Below, one piece after another: positions 13,290 to 25,257 of a DNA stretch of 64,000 nucleotides (position 1 is the stretch's first letter; each line of letters begins with the position of its first letter). A program made the position numbers and the translations under genes. The notes under the pieces are model-generated. The model was not told the DNA's origin. It saw nothing but the letters and a program-made list of their open reading frames with translations, and did no database searches. Origin of the DNA: Podarcis gaigeae (Eukaryota); the NCBI GenBank assembly GCA_964106915.2, contig OZ066919.1; one strand, given 5' to 3'.

Positions 13290-13857
13290 CCGTATTTTTC
13301 GCCCTAGAGGACGCACTTTTCCCCCTCCAAAAATGAAGGGGAAATGTGTGCATCCTATGGGGCGAATACAGGCTTTCGCTGAAGCCTGGAGACCGAGAGG
13401 GGTAGGTGCGCTCCAACCCCTCTCGCTCTCCAGGCTTCAGGAAGCTCTGTGCAACCCTTGGGAGCCTGGCGTGAAGCCACACCAGGCTCCGGAGAGTTGC
13501 GCAGAGCTGCCTGCCCTCCCCGGCTCCGTGCAGCTCTGTGCAACCCTTGGGAGCCTGACGGGAAGCCGCGCCGGGCTCCCAAAGGTTGCACAGAGCTGCC
13601 TGCATTCCGAAGCCTCGGGCGCGCTGAAGAGCGCGCCCGGGTTTTGCGCAGCTCTCCGCAAGCCTGGGGAGACTGGCGCGGCTCCCTAGGCTTGCGGATA
13701 GCAGGCTGTTCGGGGGTCGGGGGAAGCTCGGGCTTCCCCTGCGCCAGCCCCGTGCCTGGGGGGGGGGGAATAATTTTTTCCCTTTATTTCCCCCCCCCCC
13801 AAAAAAAACCTAGGTGCATCCTATAGGGCGGTGCGTCCTATGGGGCGAAAAATACGG
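13290..13857. mobile_element. Non-autonomous Tc2/pogo-like DNA transposon with internal GC-rich repeats
   Basis: TIRs CCGTATTTTTCGCCC / GGGCGAAAAATACGG with TA TSD. Internal direct and inverted repeats (AGCTCTGTGCAACCCTTGGGAGCCTG). Relatives at 17234, 28156 and 50288. Confidence 0.85.
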
Positions 13858-14118
13858 TACATAGTTTGAAATCAAAGAGTATGGGCGTAGCTTGCTTGCC
13901 TGAAATAACCTCTTGGGCTGAAGGCTCCCCCGTGCTGCAGAGTAGATACTGAAGGGTAAACGTAGAGTTTGCTTACTTGTACCCATGGAGTTTATAACTC
14001 AGCATATACTGCTTAAATTAAAGCATGTGGAACATTTAACATCTATTTTGTGTGCTACATCGATTGTGTAAAAGCCGCAGAACCTAACAAGTTCAAACTT
14101 TCTCCAGCTCCAGTCAGA

Positions 14119-17100
14119 ATGTCAGCAGGAGATGCTCACATTGGGAAGCCAGCCCCAGACTTTCTGGCCACGGCTGTAATGCCAGATGGGCAATTCAAAG
14201 AAATCTCACTCTCTCAGTACAAAGGTAAGTGCAATAAAGCATGTTGTATTTGTATTTGTTGGCAATGGTTTACTGAGGTACTGATAAGTATGTGACACGT
14301 ATAAAACCGTCTAGACTAACAACATAACCTTCTTTGGTTCTGAAATGGAAGTTTTCTTGGCATTCACAAAAATGCATTGCATAGTATTGCAAATAAGTCC
14401 TCAGAAAGTTACTAACACATCTGCATGTAGGTACCCTATTCTGTTCTAGTATGTACCCTATTCTGTTCTAGTATGTATGTTGTCCTTGCATGTGTCACTT
14501 CTGCTAGCTTGGAAGAAAATAGTCATGACTTTTATTTGCAGCACTTCTTTTGTTTATTTGGAGATCAAGGAGAGAAGAGAGCATGAGTGGGAAACCTTCA
14601 GCCTACAGTCCAAACTAGGCTCACTAGGCTGTTTTTCTTAAACCACACCCACCTGCCCCATATGTGACCTCAGGTGTGGCAGATGCCCAGGGAGTTCAAT
14701 CCTCCCTAGTAGGCCAACTCACCTGTCAAATCAACTGGTGCCAGTATGACATCAGATGACTGACAAGTAAAGTGACCGTGTGTAAAGTTTGCTAGCCATG
14801 GTGGCAGAAGATAAACAACTGGCCTGCCATGCTAAAAAAGGGGCACCTCTGGGGTAGAATGCCACAAAGCTGTTAATGTTTGGAATCAGAAATTTGTGAC
14901 TTTTGAATTGCTTCCAGCTTTGCTATGGTGGGAATCTTAACTTGTTACCTTCTTCTCCAGGGAAATATGTTGTGTTCTTTTTCTATCCACTTGACTTTAC
15001 CTTTGTCTGCCCAACTGAGATCATTGCATTTAGTGACAGATCTGAGGAGTTTAGAAAAATCAACTGCGAAGTGATTGGTGCTTCTGTCGACTCTCATTTT
15101 TGCCATCTTGCCTGGTAAGAATATTTGGACCTCAGCCTTTTTATTCTCTGGGGGTCTCCTACGTTAAAAGTTATAAGCCTGTTAAATGGGTGAAAGAAGT
15201 AGCTACCAACAAGTGACTATTGCCAGCTATTTCTTTCCCCCCCCAACCCATCCTCATGACCTGTGCAAGAGAGAGAAAACACCATCCTGCTCACAAATCA
15301 ATTTGTGCTAGAAAGGGGGTTGGTTAAGGGTTTTTTGCCCACCCTTCACAATCCTGTTCTGATCCGGTCCTGTAGCTTTTTAAGTGTAGTCATCTTAAGT
15401 CCCTGAACTCGAGCAGCTTGAGCTGTAACCTTAGACCCAATGAAGCTGCTTGCTCTGGCCATTATGGTAAGAACCATGTGGGTTTCCTTTATTGGATATT
15501 GTAAGAGCAGTGTGGAACCGGACCACTAGGAAGCTGTTCCCACACCACTCCCGTAACATGGATTGGGACATGAAATAATTCCAAACTAGTGCTTGAAACT
15601 AGACAGGAAGTTTTGGGTCACTGCCTCTTTTGCAAAGACCACTGAATCTCCTGTACTTTAGATATTCTGCTGTAGTCGAATGTGTTAAGTGTACAGAAGG
15701 ACAAGTATATTATTGAAATACTAACCTGCATTATAAAATGCCTTTCTTCTTCTTGTTAACAGGATCAACACACCCAAAAAACAGGGTGGACTAGGCTGCA
15801 TGCGTATTCCCTTAGTGTCTGACACAAACCGTGAAATTTCTAAAAAGTATGGAGTGTTAAAAGAAGATGAAGGCATTTCCTACAGGTAAGGTTACCACTG
15901 CAGCCTCTTAGTGACTTGTGACTTTAGTGACTTGTGGTATATAGAGCACTGCATGATAAAGGTTCTAAAAGATAAAACTTAATCAGAGGGAGAAGCCCAC
16001 AGAAAATAAGTGATGCAAGTTTTGAGTCAACATGCACACTTTACTAGCCCTGTTAATAAGGCTGCCCTTCATTATGAATGTCCTTTTCACTGGGAAGAGG
16101 AAAGTGAATGTGTGAATATGTGCAATCTCCGTTTGGCATCTTCCCAGATCCGCTATCAGCACCTGGGTTGAAAAACAATTCAAATTTAAACTCTGTTCTT
16201 TAGAATAGTGCTAGTATCTTGTAACAAAAGTTTGAACATTCAAGTTAGAAGTCTCTTGAAGGGTGAAAGGTAAAGAGGCTGTACGTAGGAAGTTTTACCA
16301 CATTCCTTTATGAAATGTTCTATATAGGTTTTAGTGCTTGGAACTGCAAATGAGTCTCCATATAGTTTTGCTTTTAATTTATATATAGGGTGGAAGTTGT
16401 ACCAGATCATTTTGATGTTTTCAGAAGAACTAAAATGGTACAGAATTTGGTGATGAATGCTAGTTTGTAGTTTTTTATATTCTGCCACCATACATTTAAG
16501 TGTTTTGGTTTTTGTGTGCGTGTGTGTGCCTTCTCTCTTTAGGGGCCTCTTCATCATTGATGATAAGGGAATCTTGCGCCAGATCACAATCAATGATCTC
16601 CCTGTTGGTCGCTCAGTTGATGAAACACTCCGGCTAGTTCAGGCTTTTCAGTTTACAGACAAACATGGAGAAGGTAAGACTGTCAAGTTCAGGCTAGGCA
16701 AGCATGAACTGCAGTAAGTTTCTCAGTGGAAAAAGGAGGATGCACTTAACATGGTGTATCCTCTTCCCTGCAAAGGGGATATTATGTTTAAAGAAACATA
16801 AATGTGAAAATCTAGGACTATAGTTCTCTAAAACAGTATCTCATTGATAAAAATCCAGTTCCTGAGTAGCATCTTGTATGGCTAAAAAAAAGTCCAGGAA
16901 TAGGTAAATAGAAATAGGCTTTTAAGAGTCTCTCTGGTTTCTAGCTATATCTACAGGACAAATAAGAGATAGCATTGACAGAGGGGCAGAACATCTTTCC
17001 ACCAAGAAACTAGAGTCAGAGGTAAACAGCAACTACTGTCCCTGTAAAGACAGTATCCTATATACACAGTAACATTTTTCCACAGAAGTGAGTAGCTACC

Positions 17101-18528
17101 ATTTATTCCCATGGGAAGAAATCTAAAATGTTGCGTTTGGGAGCTGCTGTGTTAAGAGAAAGCGTTGGCACCTCACATTATTTGCTTGTCTTCTCTGTGG
17201 GATTCTTGTTGAGGCCATTTACTACAGAACATACTGTATTTTTCCATCTATAAGAAACCCCCATGTATTTTTGCAGCAACAACCAATCGCCAGTCCAACC
17301 TCGGCACTATCCATGTATAAATGCCCCCTAATTTTTAACATTATTTTTAAGGGTAAAAACCTAGACTTATACCCGGGAAAATATGGTATATTTTGTGCCC
17401 CCTCAAGGCACAACATGCATCCTTTTTTCCTTCCCTACTGCCAACAGATAAATGTCAGTTATAACCCGTATATATTACTATTCTGCCACATTGCCACCAT
17501 ATTGTGATATTCCCAGGCTCCCTTGCAAAGGTTTATTTCCAGGTGGGCACTAAGGGCATCCCCCCTTTTTCACTGAATCAAGACTTTCTTTAAAATACCT
17601 GCATCAACCATCTATTTACTGATAGAAAGCAATAGGGCTCCTCCTTTATATTCTTAGTCAGTGAGATATATTCACATTAGACTCTACCCTGACCAAAACA
17701 GTTAAAACAGAAACATGTATTTACTTAAGGAACATAACATCCAGGACTGTGTACAGACTGTTCTAACTTTCATAATGTCTATCCTTTTCTACATATGCCT
17801 CTCATTGGCTCTCTAATCTCATTCCCATGTCATTCGGTCCCTCAAAGCGACTCTTTCAGCTGTTATTTTTCAATGGACACATAATACTAGTCTTTCACTC
17901 TCAACTCTGGCCAATCTTCCATCCAACCTCCCTGCTCTCAGTCATTATTTCAGTCTTCTGTTGCTGTCAGGCATTTATTTGGCTAGTATTTTAGATGCAT
18001 AAACACTGAATTGCTTCGGTTTTTCCAAGAGGCAGCTGTCCTGTGCAACTCAGGCAGTGGCGTAGCGTGGGTTGTCAGTACCCGGGGCAAGGCAAGTAAT
18101 TTGCGCCCCCTAACTCTGAGTGAGCCAGGTAGGGGCAGAGAGCTGCGAGTGCGAGCACGCGCCCCCCAGATGTTGCGCCTGGTGCGTCCGGCCCCCCTGC
18201 ACCCCCTACGCTACGCCACTGAACTCAGGTACACAATTGCCATCAAGAAGCCCATCTGTAGGAGAGGTGGGGTGGTGACTGCTGCTAGTTCCAGAAGTTA
18301 CTCAATTAGATGACGGAGCTTGTAGTGATCCAAGTCATCTTGTGTGAAGTCTAGTGATGGACATAACAACTTAGTTCTTTGTATGGTGTTTTCGGTCTGT
18401 ACTACTGGAGTAACTTAAAAGTTAATACTATTATCTCCTCAGTGTGTCCTGCTGGCTGGCATCCTGGGAAAGACACCATCAAGCCTGACGTTCAGAAGAG
18501 TAGAGAGTACTTCTCTAAGCAGAACTAA
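14119..18528 (+). CDS. PRDX1: Peroxiredoxin-1 (typical 2-Cys Prx), 199 aa
   Basis: Coding exons 14119-14224, 14961-15114, 15763-15885, 16543-16673, 18443-18528 (106+154+123+131+86 = 600 nt), all [19 protein letters not shown]...[14 protein letters not shown] (Cys52)...GGLG...HGEVCPAGW (Cys173)...EYFSKQN*. Confidence 0.98.
14431..14474. repeat. 22-bp tandem duplication
   Basis: GTACCCTATTCTGTTCTAGTAT x2. Confidence 0.85.
17234..17386. mobile_element. Short Tc2/pogo-like MITE
   Basis: TA-CTGTATTTTTCC ... GGGAAAATATGG-TA. Confidence 0.65.
18055..18221. mobile_element. hAT-type MITE
   Basis: TIRs CAGTGGCGTAGCGT / ACGCTACGCCACTG with a perfect 8-bp TSD AACTCAGG (18047-18054, 18222-18229). Confidence 0.9.
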
Positions 18529-18912
18529 ATGTGCTGTGTGATTGTTTTTTTGTACAAGGCATCTATTCTGTAACCTGTATAAGTAAAAGCAGACCTGTAC
18601 TTGTCATTCTCCTTATTTTTAATAGTAAAATTATTGTGAGCTAACTGGTTTATAGTTCAGATGCCATTTATTCTGGATCAATCCAATTTACATTACTGGG
18701 ACAGCTTTGGAGTAAATGGATTATGAACTGAAACATTGGTCAGTACTTAATAGCTATTGTTGATGGTATATGTCCTTTTGATCAGAACCAGGAAAGGGAA
18801 ATTGCTCCTTGTGCTAGTGTGGATAAAAAGGACCAGTACCATGTATACGATTGGCCCAGGGATATAGAACAGGCATGTAGAACAGTCGGTTTTTCTGATG
18901 TTTTGTACTGTC

Positions 18913-18936
18913 ATTAAACTGTCATTAAACATTAAA
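18913..18936 (+). terminator. PRDX1: PRDX1 candidate poly(A) signals
   Basis: Three ATTAAA hexamers (18913, 18924, 18931) ~390 nt after the stop codon. Confidence 0.55.
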
Positions 18937-20470
18937 TGTCTCTAATTAATTGAGTGATCTCAGTATAGCAGGAACATGCAATAGCTCTTCTGAAAGGGCA
19001 TTCTTTCTGTTAGAAAGCTTGTCTTTGTACTCCCTTTGGGGGGGTGTATTTCTGAGCTGGGTGTGAAAAGATAATCAAATACATATCAACGTGTAAAAAA
19101 CCCTAAGCTTTATGCAACCCCTGCTACATACTTTGTTAACCATGTTGCCAAACCCTTTTAGCCATGTAACAGATGCTGCAGCCTTCGGTCTAATAACTCA
19201 TGACTTACAGACTTTCACTATCCAAAACCTGAACCGCAAGCCTAAAATCATCCATTGATCTTAGTCCTTGCGTAGTCCTAATTGCCTTCCTATCAGTACT
19301 GGCTCTGATATAGTCCTTTCCCTCTCACAACATTTTGTGTACTTACGCAGTTCTGGAATTTCTCTACATTATTTATTTATTTTCTGTTTCTAAGTGTATG
19401 AACTGCCAAGTCATAGGAAAAAAATCATGGCAGTATACAGTACAATAAAACAACATAAAATACTGTACAGATCAAATTACCAACAAGGAATCAAATAAAT
19501 CATCTAAAAATGACTGGAGAAAGCAACTTTTATCGGCGACAAATTATCAAAGTGGTAAGTCTTGAAACAATGTTCCAGAGCACCTGTGCTGCTATGCTAA
19601 ATGTTGGTTCCCATAGAAACGTAATCTATGTCAGGAGGGCTTCAGAAGAGTGCTGTGATCTGGCCGGTTCATAAGGGATAAAGTGGTCATTTAGGTAACA
19701 TGGTAGATGTTTAGAAGCATTGGGGATGTGATGGTACCGTGAGAGACCCAATAATAAAAATGCCAGCGGTTTATAGTCCTCCAGAGTCATTCTCTGAAAG
19801 GTCCTGCAGAAAGGAACAGAACCAGTGAAGTAAAGTGCCACAAATCCCCACCCAGCACTGCTGGTCCAAGTGGGTACCATGATTGTTGTCAAAAAAAGAG
19901 TGAGGTGCAGGGTCACACTCTCCTGTGATCAAGGTCATCCATCAGGACCACTAATGCGGACTAGGTCCCAAAACAACCTGAAGCCAGACTGAGGTAGCTC
20001 AGGATTACATGTTTCACACCTGCACTCAGTAAATTGGAGGATCAACATGCTTCCCAGAAATATGAAAGGAGTAATATATGATATATAAATTGATAAAATA
20101 GCATCTTAAAAGCAAACTTCCTGTAGTTGTCCAAGCATTAGAATACAAAACAGCTGCTAAAAGTGCTTGATCTTGAGAACCCATTCAGGTTGAACATCCT
20201 GCAATTTAGGGGATATCCTGAGGAAGCGGGAAACTACTTGCTGCACTAACTGATAGAACCCACAATGTGGCACTGCCACCTAACATTAGGAAATACCCCC
20301 ACAAGGCACTATATTAAAAGGACTTGATTTCCTAAGATTGCAGAGCATCAATTGAGATGGTGATATTCAAATACCTCCTATAGATGGGATAGCGTCAAGT
20401 GGATTAATGCAGTAAGGATTAGGAGCAGACTTCTGATTAATTCAACGTACATTCTTCTGAGGCAGTCCCT

Positions 20471-20680
20471 TCACTTTATCCCCCTTGCCCTGCTTCTATG
20501 GGTGGCTCTAAGAGGACTGGCTGAAATGTGCTGGCACACACCCAAGACTTCTGTAGCTGTTTTATATTTTCTGTGAGCTTTGTACCCAGGGTTGAGTGTT
20601 CTTTGGCTCTCCTTTCCTTCTGATTCTCCATGTTTGGTATCCTCACTTGCCGTCATACTAGTCTTTGCTGTGTTACACAC
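20471..20680 (-). other. SELENOP2: Duplicated SELENOP2 terminal exon (alternative last exon or pseudo-exon)
   Basis: 16-nt acceptor context identical to 26475-26490 (ATTACCTTCACAG|GTG). Phase-0 ORF VCNTAKTSMTASEDTKHGE aligns with VNKTTSTNVTTTEASGHKE. Nucleotide homology continues to the 3' end. Confidence 0.8.
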
Positions 20681-22131
20681 CTGTGAAGGTAATAATAGGC
20701 ATCTGGTGTATCACACAGACAAACAGAATTAACTGCTAGAAAAATTAGAGGGGAGCTAACAAAGGCAGTTGCTATTTCTTCTTGTGTACAAGGAGTAAGA
20801 TTAGTGAGGATTAGGAATCAGAAGAGCTTCATACTTCCGTACCAAGAACAATTGCCACATTGATCCTTGCATGCAGAGCGCACAACTTTTCAACATCATT
20901 ATGATATTGGCAGATAACACTGTAGATTATGGATGTAGAAATCTAGCTTACCACACCTCCAAAGCACGTGAAGATAAGCAGGATAAGAACTGGTGCCACA
21001 AAACCTGGAGATTAATCATGATGCTTTTTTAAATTATATGTTGTAAGCTATTCTTAAAACTTTTTTTGTAGGTGTGGGATTTAAAATTGCAGAAAGTTGC
21101 CATTAAAGTTGCAGCAACCCATACCTAAAACAAAAATAAAATATTTAGATGTGCTGGAGAAGACTGTTCTTATTTTTAGGAAATGGCCTGTTGAGTTTTG
21201 AGCTCAAAGCTAGTTTTCAAATGTACTTTTATGCAAAAATAGAATCATATACATTAGAGTGAAGTAATTATTCTTACTGTATTTTATGAAGCTCTACCAA
21301 TATTTTGTAGAAGCTATACAATATAAAACCTACATATTCACAAGAGGACTTCTGAGTTGTCAGTAGAAATATTGTTTAAAACGATGATTTGAAATAATTT
21401 CTTAAACTTTTCTGAGCTCCTCATTATAAAATGAATATAATTGTAAACCAGAAGCATACTGCTTTGAATGAATTATTTGATAAATGAGTTTTATATTTGG
21501 GAATTACATGTGAGGACTCTTACATATACAACAGATGCTGAAAGGTTCAAAGCACAATCCTATGCATATGTATCCAGAAGAAAATCCTAGTGATTTCAGT
21601 GTGCATGTAAGATTTTACACTGTAAAACTTAAAGAACTTAAAGAATAATCAAACATGGCCTATCTATAGGGAATGACACTTAAATAAGTTTTAGAAACTC
21701 ATTAGCATGTTGGATTTTATATTGTATCACCTATGTAAATACTCCTGAATACTATATGAACATAACATTCCAATGGAAGCAATTACTCTACATGTGTAAA
21801 CTTTAAATGTGCCAGACCATTTTCTATAAATGAGTTTCTACAGCACCGTTAGACATTTTAATTGAATAATGAAGCCAGTTAACAAAACCCCTTTGAATTG
21901 GCTAGATAGGCTTTTGTTTCTTTTTACTTCACTGCCCAACAGGGGAAAGTGGATTGGGCAGGGAAAGGGTACTTAAGAGGCATTAAAGCATATTTACCCC
22001 TCAGCTGCCTCCTCCGTTGCTGATTAAAGTCTAATGCTGTCCCACTTTTGAGGCTTCTAACAGAAGTACTACATCTCCTAAATGCAGCCCATAGTGTGAA
22101 ATAGACATGGACACAGCCTCTCCTTCCCTCC

Positions 22132-22134
<3 letters not shown>

Positions 22135-22192
<58 letters not shown>

Positions 22193-22203
22193 CCACCCAC
22201 ACA
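22135..22203. repeat. Compound (TC)n(AC)n microsatellite
   Basis: Direct reading. Confidence 0.95.
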
Positions 22204-24547
22204 CCATTCTGCTTTTCATTCTTTCACTGATCCCTCAGATGAACAGGGTTAAAGGGCCTCTAGAGCAAATGACAATGTTAAGTAGAAGATAAAAAAGCTG
22301 TACAGATGTTTACACAACCTCATGGTCCTTGGTGCTAGTCAAGTAAGAGACAAGCTTATGGGTGCAAATTCAGGGGGAATTGTAAACAGAGCATACATGA
22401 AGGGAGGAATGAGGACTGTTCCTCACAGACTGTAGCCTAGCAAATTTTAGCACTCCTTTCTCTGTGTGGTATACTACCCACCCTGTAGACTTGTGTAGGT
22501 TTGATTTTTAAGGCAAATAATCAGAAGGGTAAGAGGATCCGAACCCTCCTTCCACTCAGTACTTAATTTTCCATAGTTCCCTGCCAAAACGCTTCTCATC
22601 CAGTCAAAGTCACTTCCAATATCCATGGAGAAAAATTATTGGAGGAGAAGATGTTAACATCAATAATATTGTTACTAATATTGTTACTCTGGAGAGCTTT
22701 AACAAGCTCTTTAAAAATCTGTGGGAAAGAGTTTGCTGTTCTACCAGTTCTACCCTAAATGCTAAGGCTCCTTTAACTGAGTATCTATTTGATTTGATTC
22801 TGTAATCATGCAGTCAAACAAAACCCTAATGCAATTTAGTACCAAGGCAAAATACATGTAATAATAAAAATAGTTTTATTATTTGCACCCCACCCATCTG
22901 ACTGGGTTGCCCCAGCCACTCTGGGCTGCTTCCAACATATATAAAAACATAATTAAACATTACAAAACTTCCCTATGCAGGGCGGCCTTCAGATGTCTTC
23001 TTTCTCCATTTGCAATGGGATTGCATCCTCCACCATGCCCGAGGGCAGCAGGGGAAGCTGTGTGTGGCACAGGCAGTTCTCTTCCAACATCTTGCCTCCA
23101 CTTTTATCCCCTTAGAATCTACCACCTGAGGTGGCTGCTTCACTCTGCCCAATGGTAGGGCCAGCCTTGTCCATCAAAAAGAGACTACGCCTGCAATGCT
23201 ATAGCCCCATACTTGGCAGTAAGTGCCATAGAACTCAAATGAGGCTTTATTCTGAGTAGGCATACACAGGCAAACTATAAGAGATTTTTCTGGCTGCAGC
23301 AATCAGAGAGGCCAGTTTAAAGAGGATCTTTAGCAAATATTTGGCCTGCATGTTAGATGAGATTAGCATTAAACATGATAATAATAGTCTTGCTCCAGTT
23401 TTGCTGTGAACCTGTGGACTCTGCTGCAAATGTAAGCAAACAGGGCATGACGCAAAGGAGTTTAGTTTGGATAATGGGAGCTGTGGGCTGGGGCAGAGGG
23501 CATCAGGAAAGCTGGATCAGAGCCCAAGGCCAGCATTAGGTAGGAATGTTGTTGTCCTAAGCAAAACATAATTTTGCCCATCTTTTTTTAGCACTGGTAC
23601 TACTGAAGATTTTTTCTTTGGTAATTAATAATGGTAATACTGTACATAGAAATAAAAGGGAAGAGATTGTAAATACGGTACAATTGGAATGTTAAAAAAA
23701 CCAAAACAAGCCAGCCATATAATTACTTTGGTTGGTACAAAACTATCAGCAAGAAAATAGTCTCTTAACAATTAAATTATGACCTAGCTGCTGTAGATTG
23801 GGCCTCTGCAGATTTCTGGGGGGCAGGGATGGTTTCAGATAGGTATGTACATAAGTAGGAAATGAACTAAAGGAACATAAAAAGGGAACGGAACAGCATG
23901 TGGGAAGGACAGCTAAATCTTTGCATGTCAGTTGGGCAAGTAATCAAATATTACACCAGATCATAGCAACTACCATACGGCTGCATGGTGGGGTGGGGAT
24001 ATTGTTTTTGTTTGTTACTATGTTATATATTGTGGAGAGCAAGATTGCTAAGAACATTAAACTAGTTGTTAAGCAACTAAGGCTGCAAGTTGAATCACAG
24101 TTGCGAGCATTTTATTTAGAGTCCATTGTGCTGGTTATGCCCTGGGTGAAGGCGATTACTGTACTTGTATGACATATTACCAAAAGCTATAAATTATGTT
24201 ATAGCTCTAATACATGTATGTTAAGAGTAGCCAGCATGTACAGATATCACGAGAGTTTTGATATACACAAGGGGATAAATAAATCTGCAGTAAGTATGCT
24301 GTTTACACCAAAGGTGGGTTGTTAACTATAAGCACCTGACAGCCTAATGCCCTTTTATTGCTTGCAGAATTTCAAAGGCTGCCTTCTTCCACAAGAACCT
24401 CCTGAACCACTAATATTATACCAGGAGGCCCTTCTTCAGATCTCCCCACTTTCAGGGAATCTGATTGGGTCTTTCCAGCTATACTGCCCTATCTTTCCTA
24501 GAAAAGCTTGCCTGACACCAGCAGCAAGCCTAATGAATATCTGGGGC

Positions 24548-24688
24548 CAGCGGCGTAGCGTGGGGGGTGCAGGTGGGGCCGGGCGCACCGGGCGCAACAT
24601 CTGGGGGTTAGGGGGCGCAAATCCACGGGTTAGGGGGCGCAAATTACTTGCCTTGCCCCGGGTGCTGATAACCCACGCTACGCCACTG
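24548..24688. mobile_element. hAT-type MITE (same family as 18055, opposite orientation)
   Basis: TIRs CAGCGGCGTAGCGTGG / CCACGCTACGCCACTG. TSD TCTGGGGC / TCTAGGGC (7/8). Confidence 0.85.
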
Positions 24689-25251
24689 TCTAGGGCCAGG
24701 TGAAGAACTGTTTTATTTCCCCAAAACTTTAAGGTATTGTGTTTTAAATCTCATTTTTTCTACTGCTACTGTTCTGTGCTGCTTTATTTGTATGTACTGT
24801 ATTGTTATTGTTTTTTTCTTTAATCAGCTAACACATAAGGGCACACACCCTGGGCTGCCACGGAATCTTATGATGTTAAGTGTATCCTATACTAACTAGG
24901 GTTACTTTGGAATAAACAGATTATAGGTGGATACATATCAGCATTAACAATACAATAAAGACAGATTACACCCTCCCATAAATATTTGTAGCAGTAGCTT
25001 CCTAAAACTGGGATGTGGAGGACTTGTACAGTGTGCACCAATTCACTGACCTTCAACAAATAACAGGAACCTGGACTATTCTCAATAAGGACTGCTTAGT
25101 ATGCCATAAATGCAGATAAACTATGGGGCATCTCTTAAATGTTGAAGGTGAATACATGTTCTACAATGCTGGGTACTGTCTGAAATAAATGACACCATTT
25201 GTACATTAAGGTATTGTGAGCAAAGACTTCAAACATATTCATTTCAGATAA

Positions 25252-25257
25252 TTTATT
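25252..25257 (-). terminator. SELENOP2: SELENOP2 poly(A) signal
   Basis: AATAAA on the minus strand ~400 nt downstream of the SECIS. Confidence 0.6.

Noticed and set aside
13225-13826. Five overlapping 74-153 aa ORFs
   Set aside because: They arise from the GC-rich repeat interior of a non-autonomous transposon. No transposase motifs.
19215-19252. AUGA...GA hairpin on the minus strand
   Set aside because: Mostly G-U pairs and no apical AA/CC, so not a credible SECIS.
19740-19795. AUGAC...AAA SECIS-like start on the minus strand
   Set aside because: No complementary 3' arm or closing GA. It lies in a probable decayed LINE.
18530-25200. MMACHC expected tail-to-tail with PRDX1 as in human, or a full second SELENOP2 copy
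   Set aside because: No MMACHC-like exons and no duplicates of SELENOP2 exons 2-4 were found by eye.
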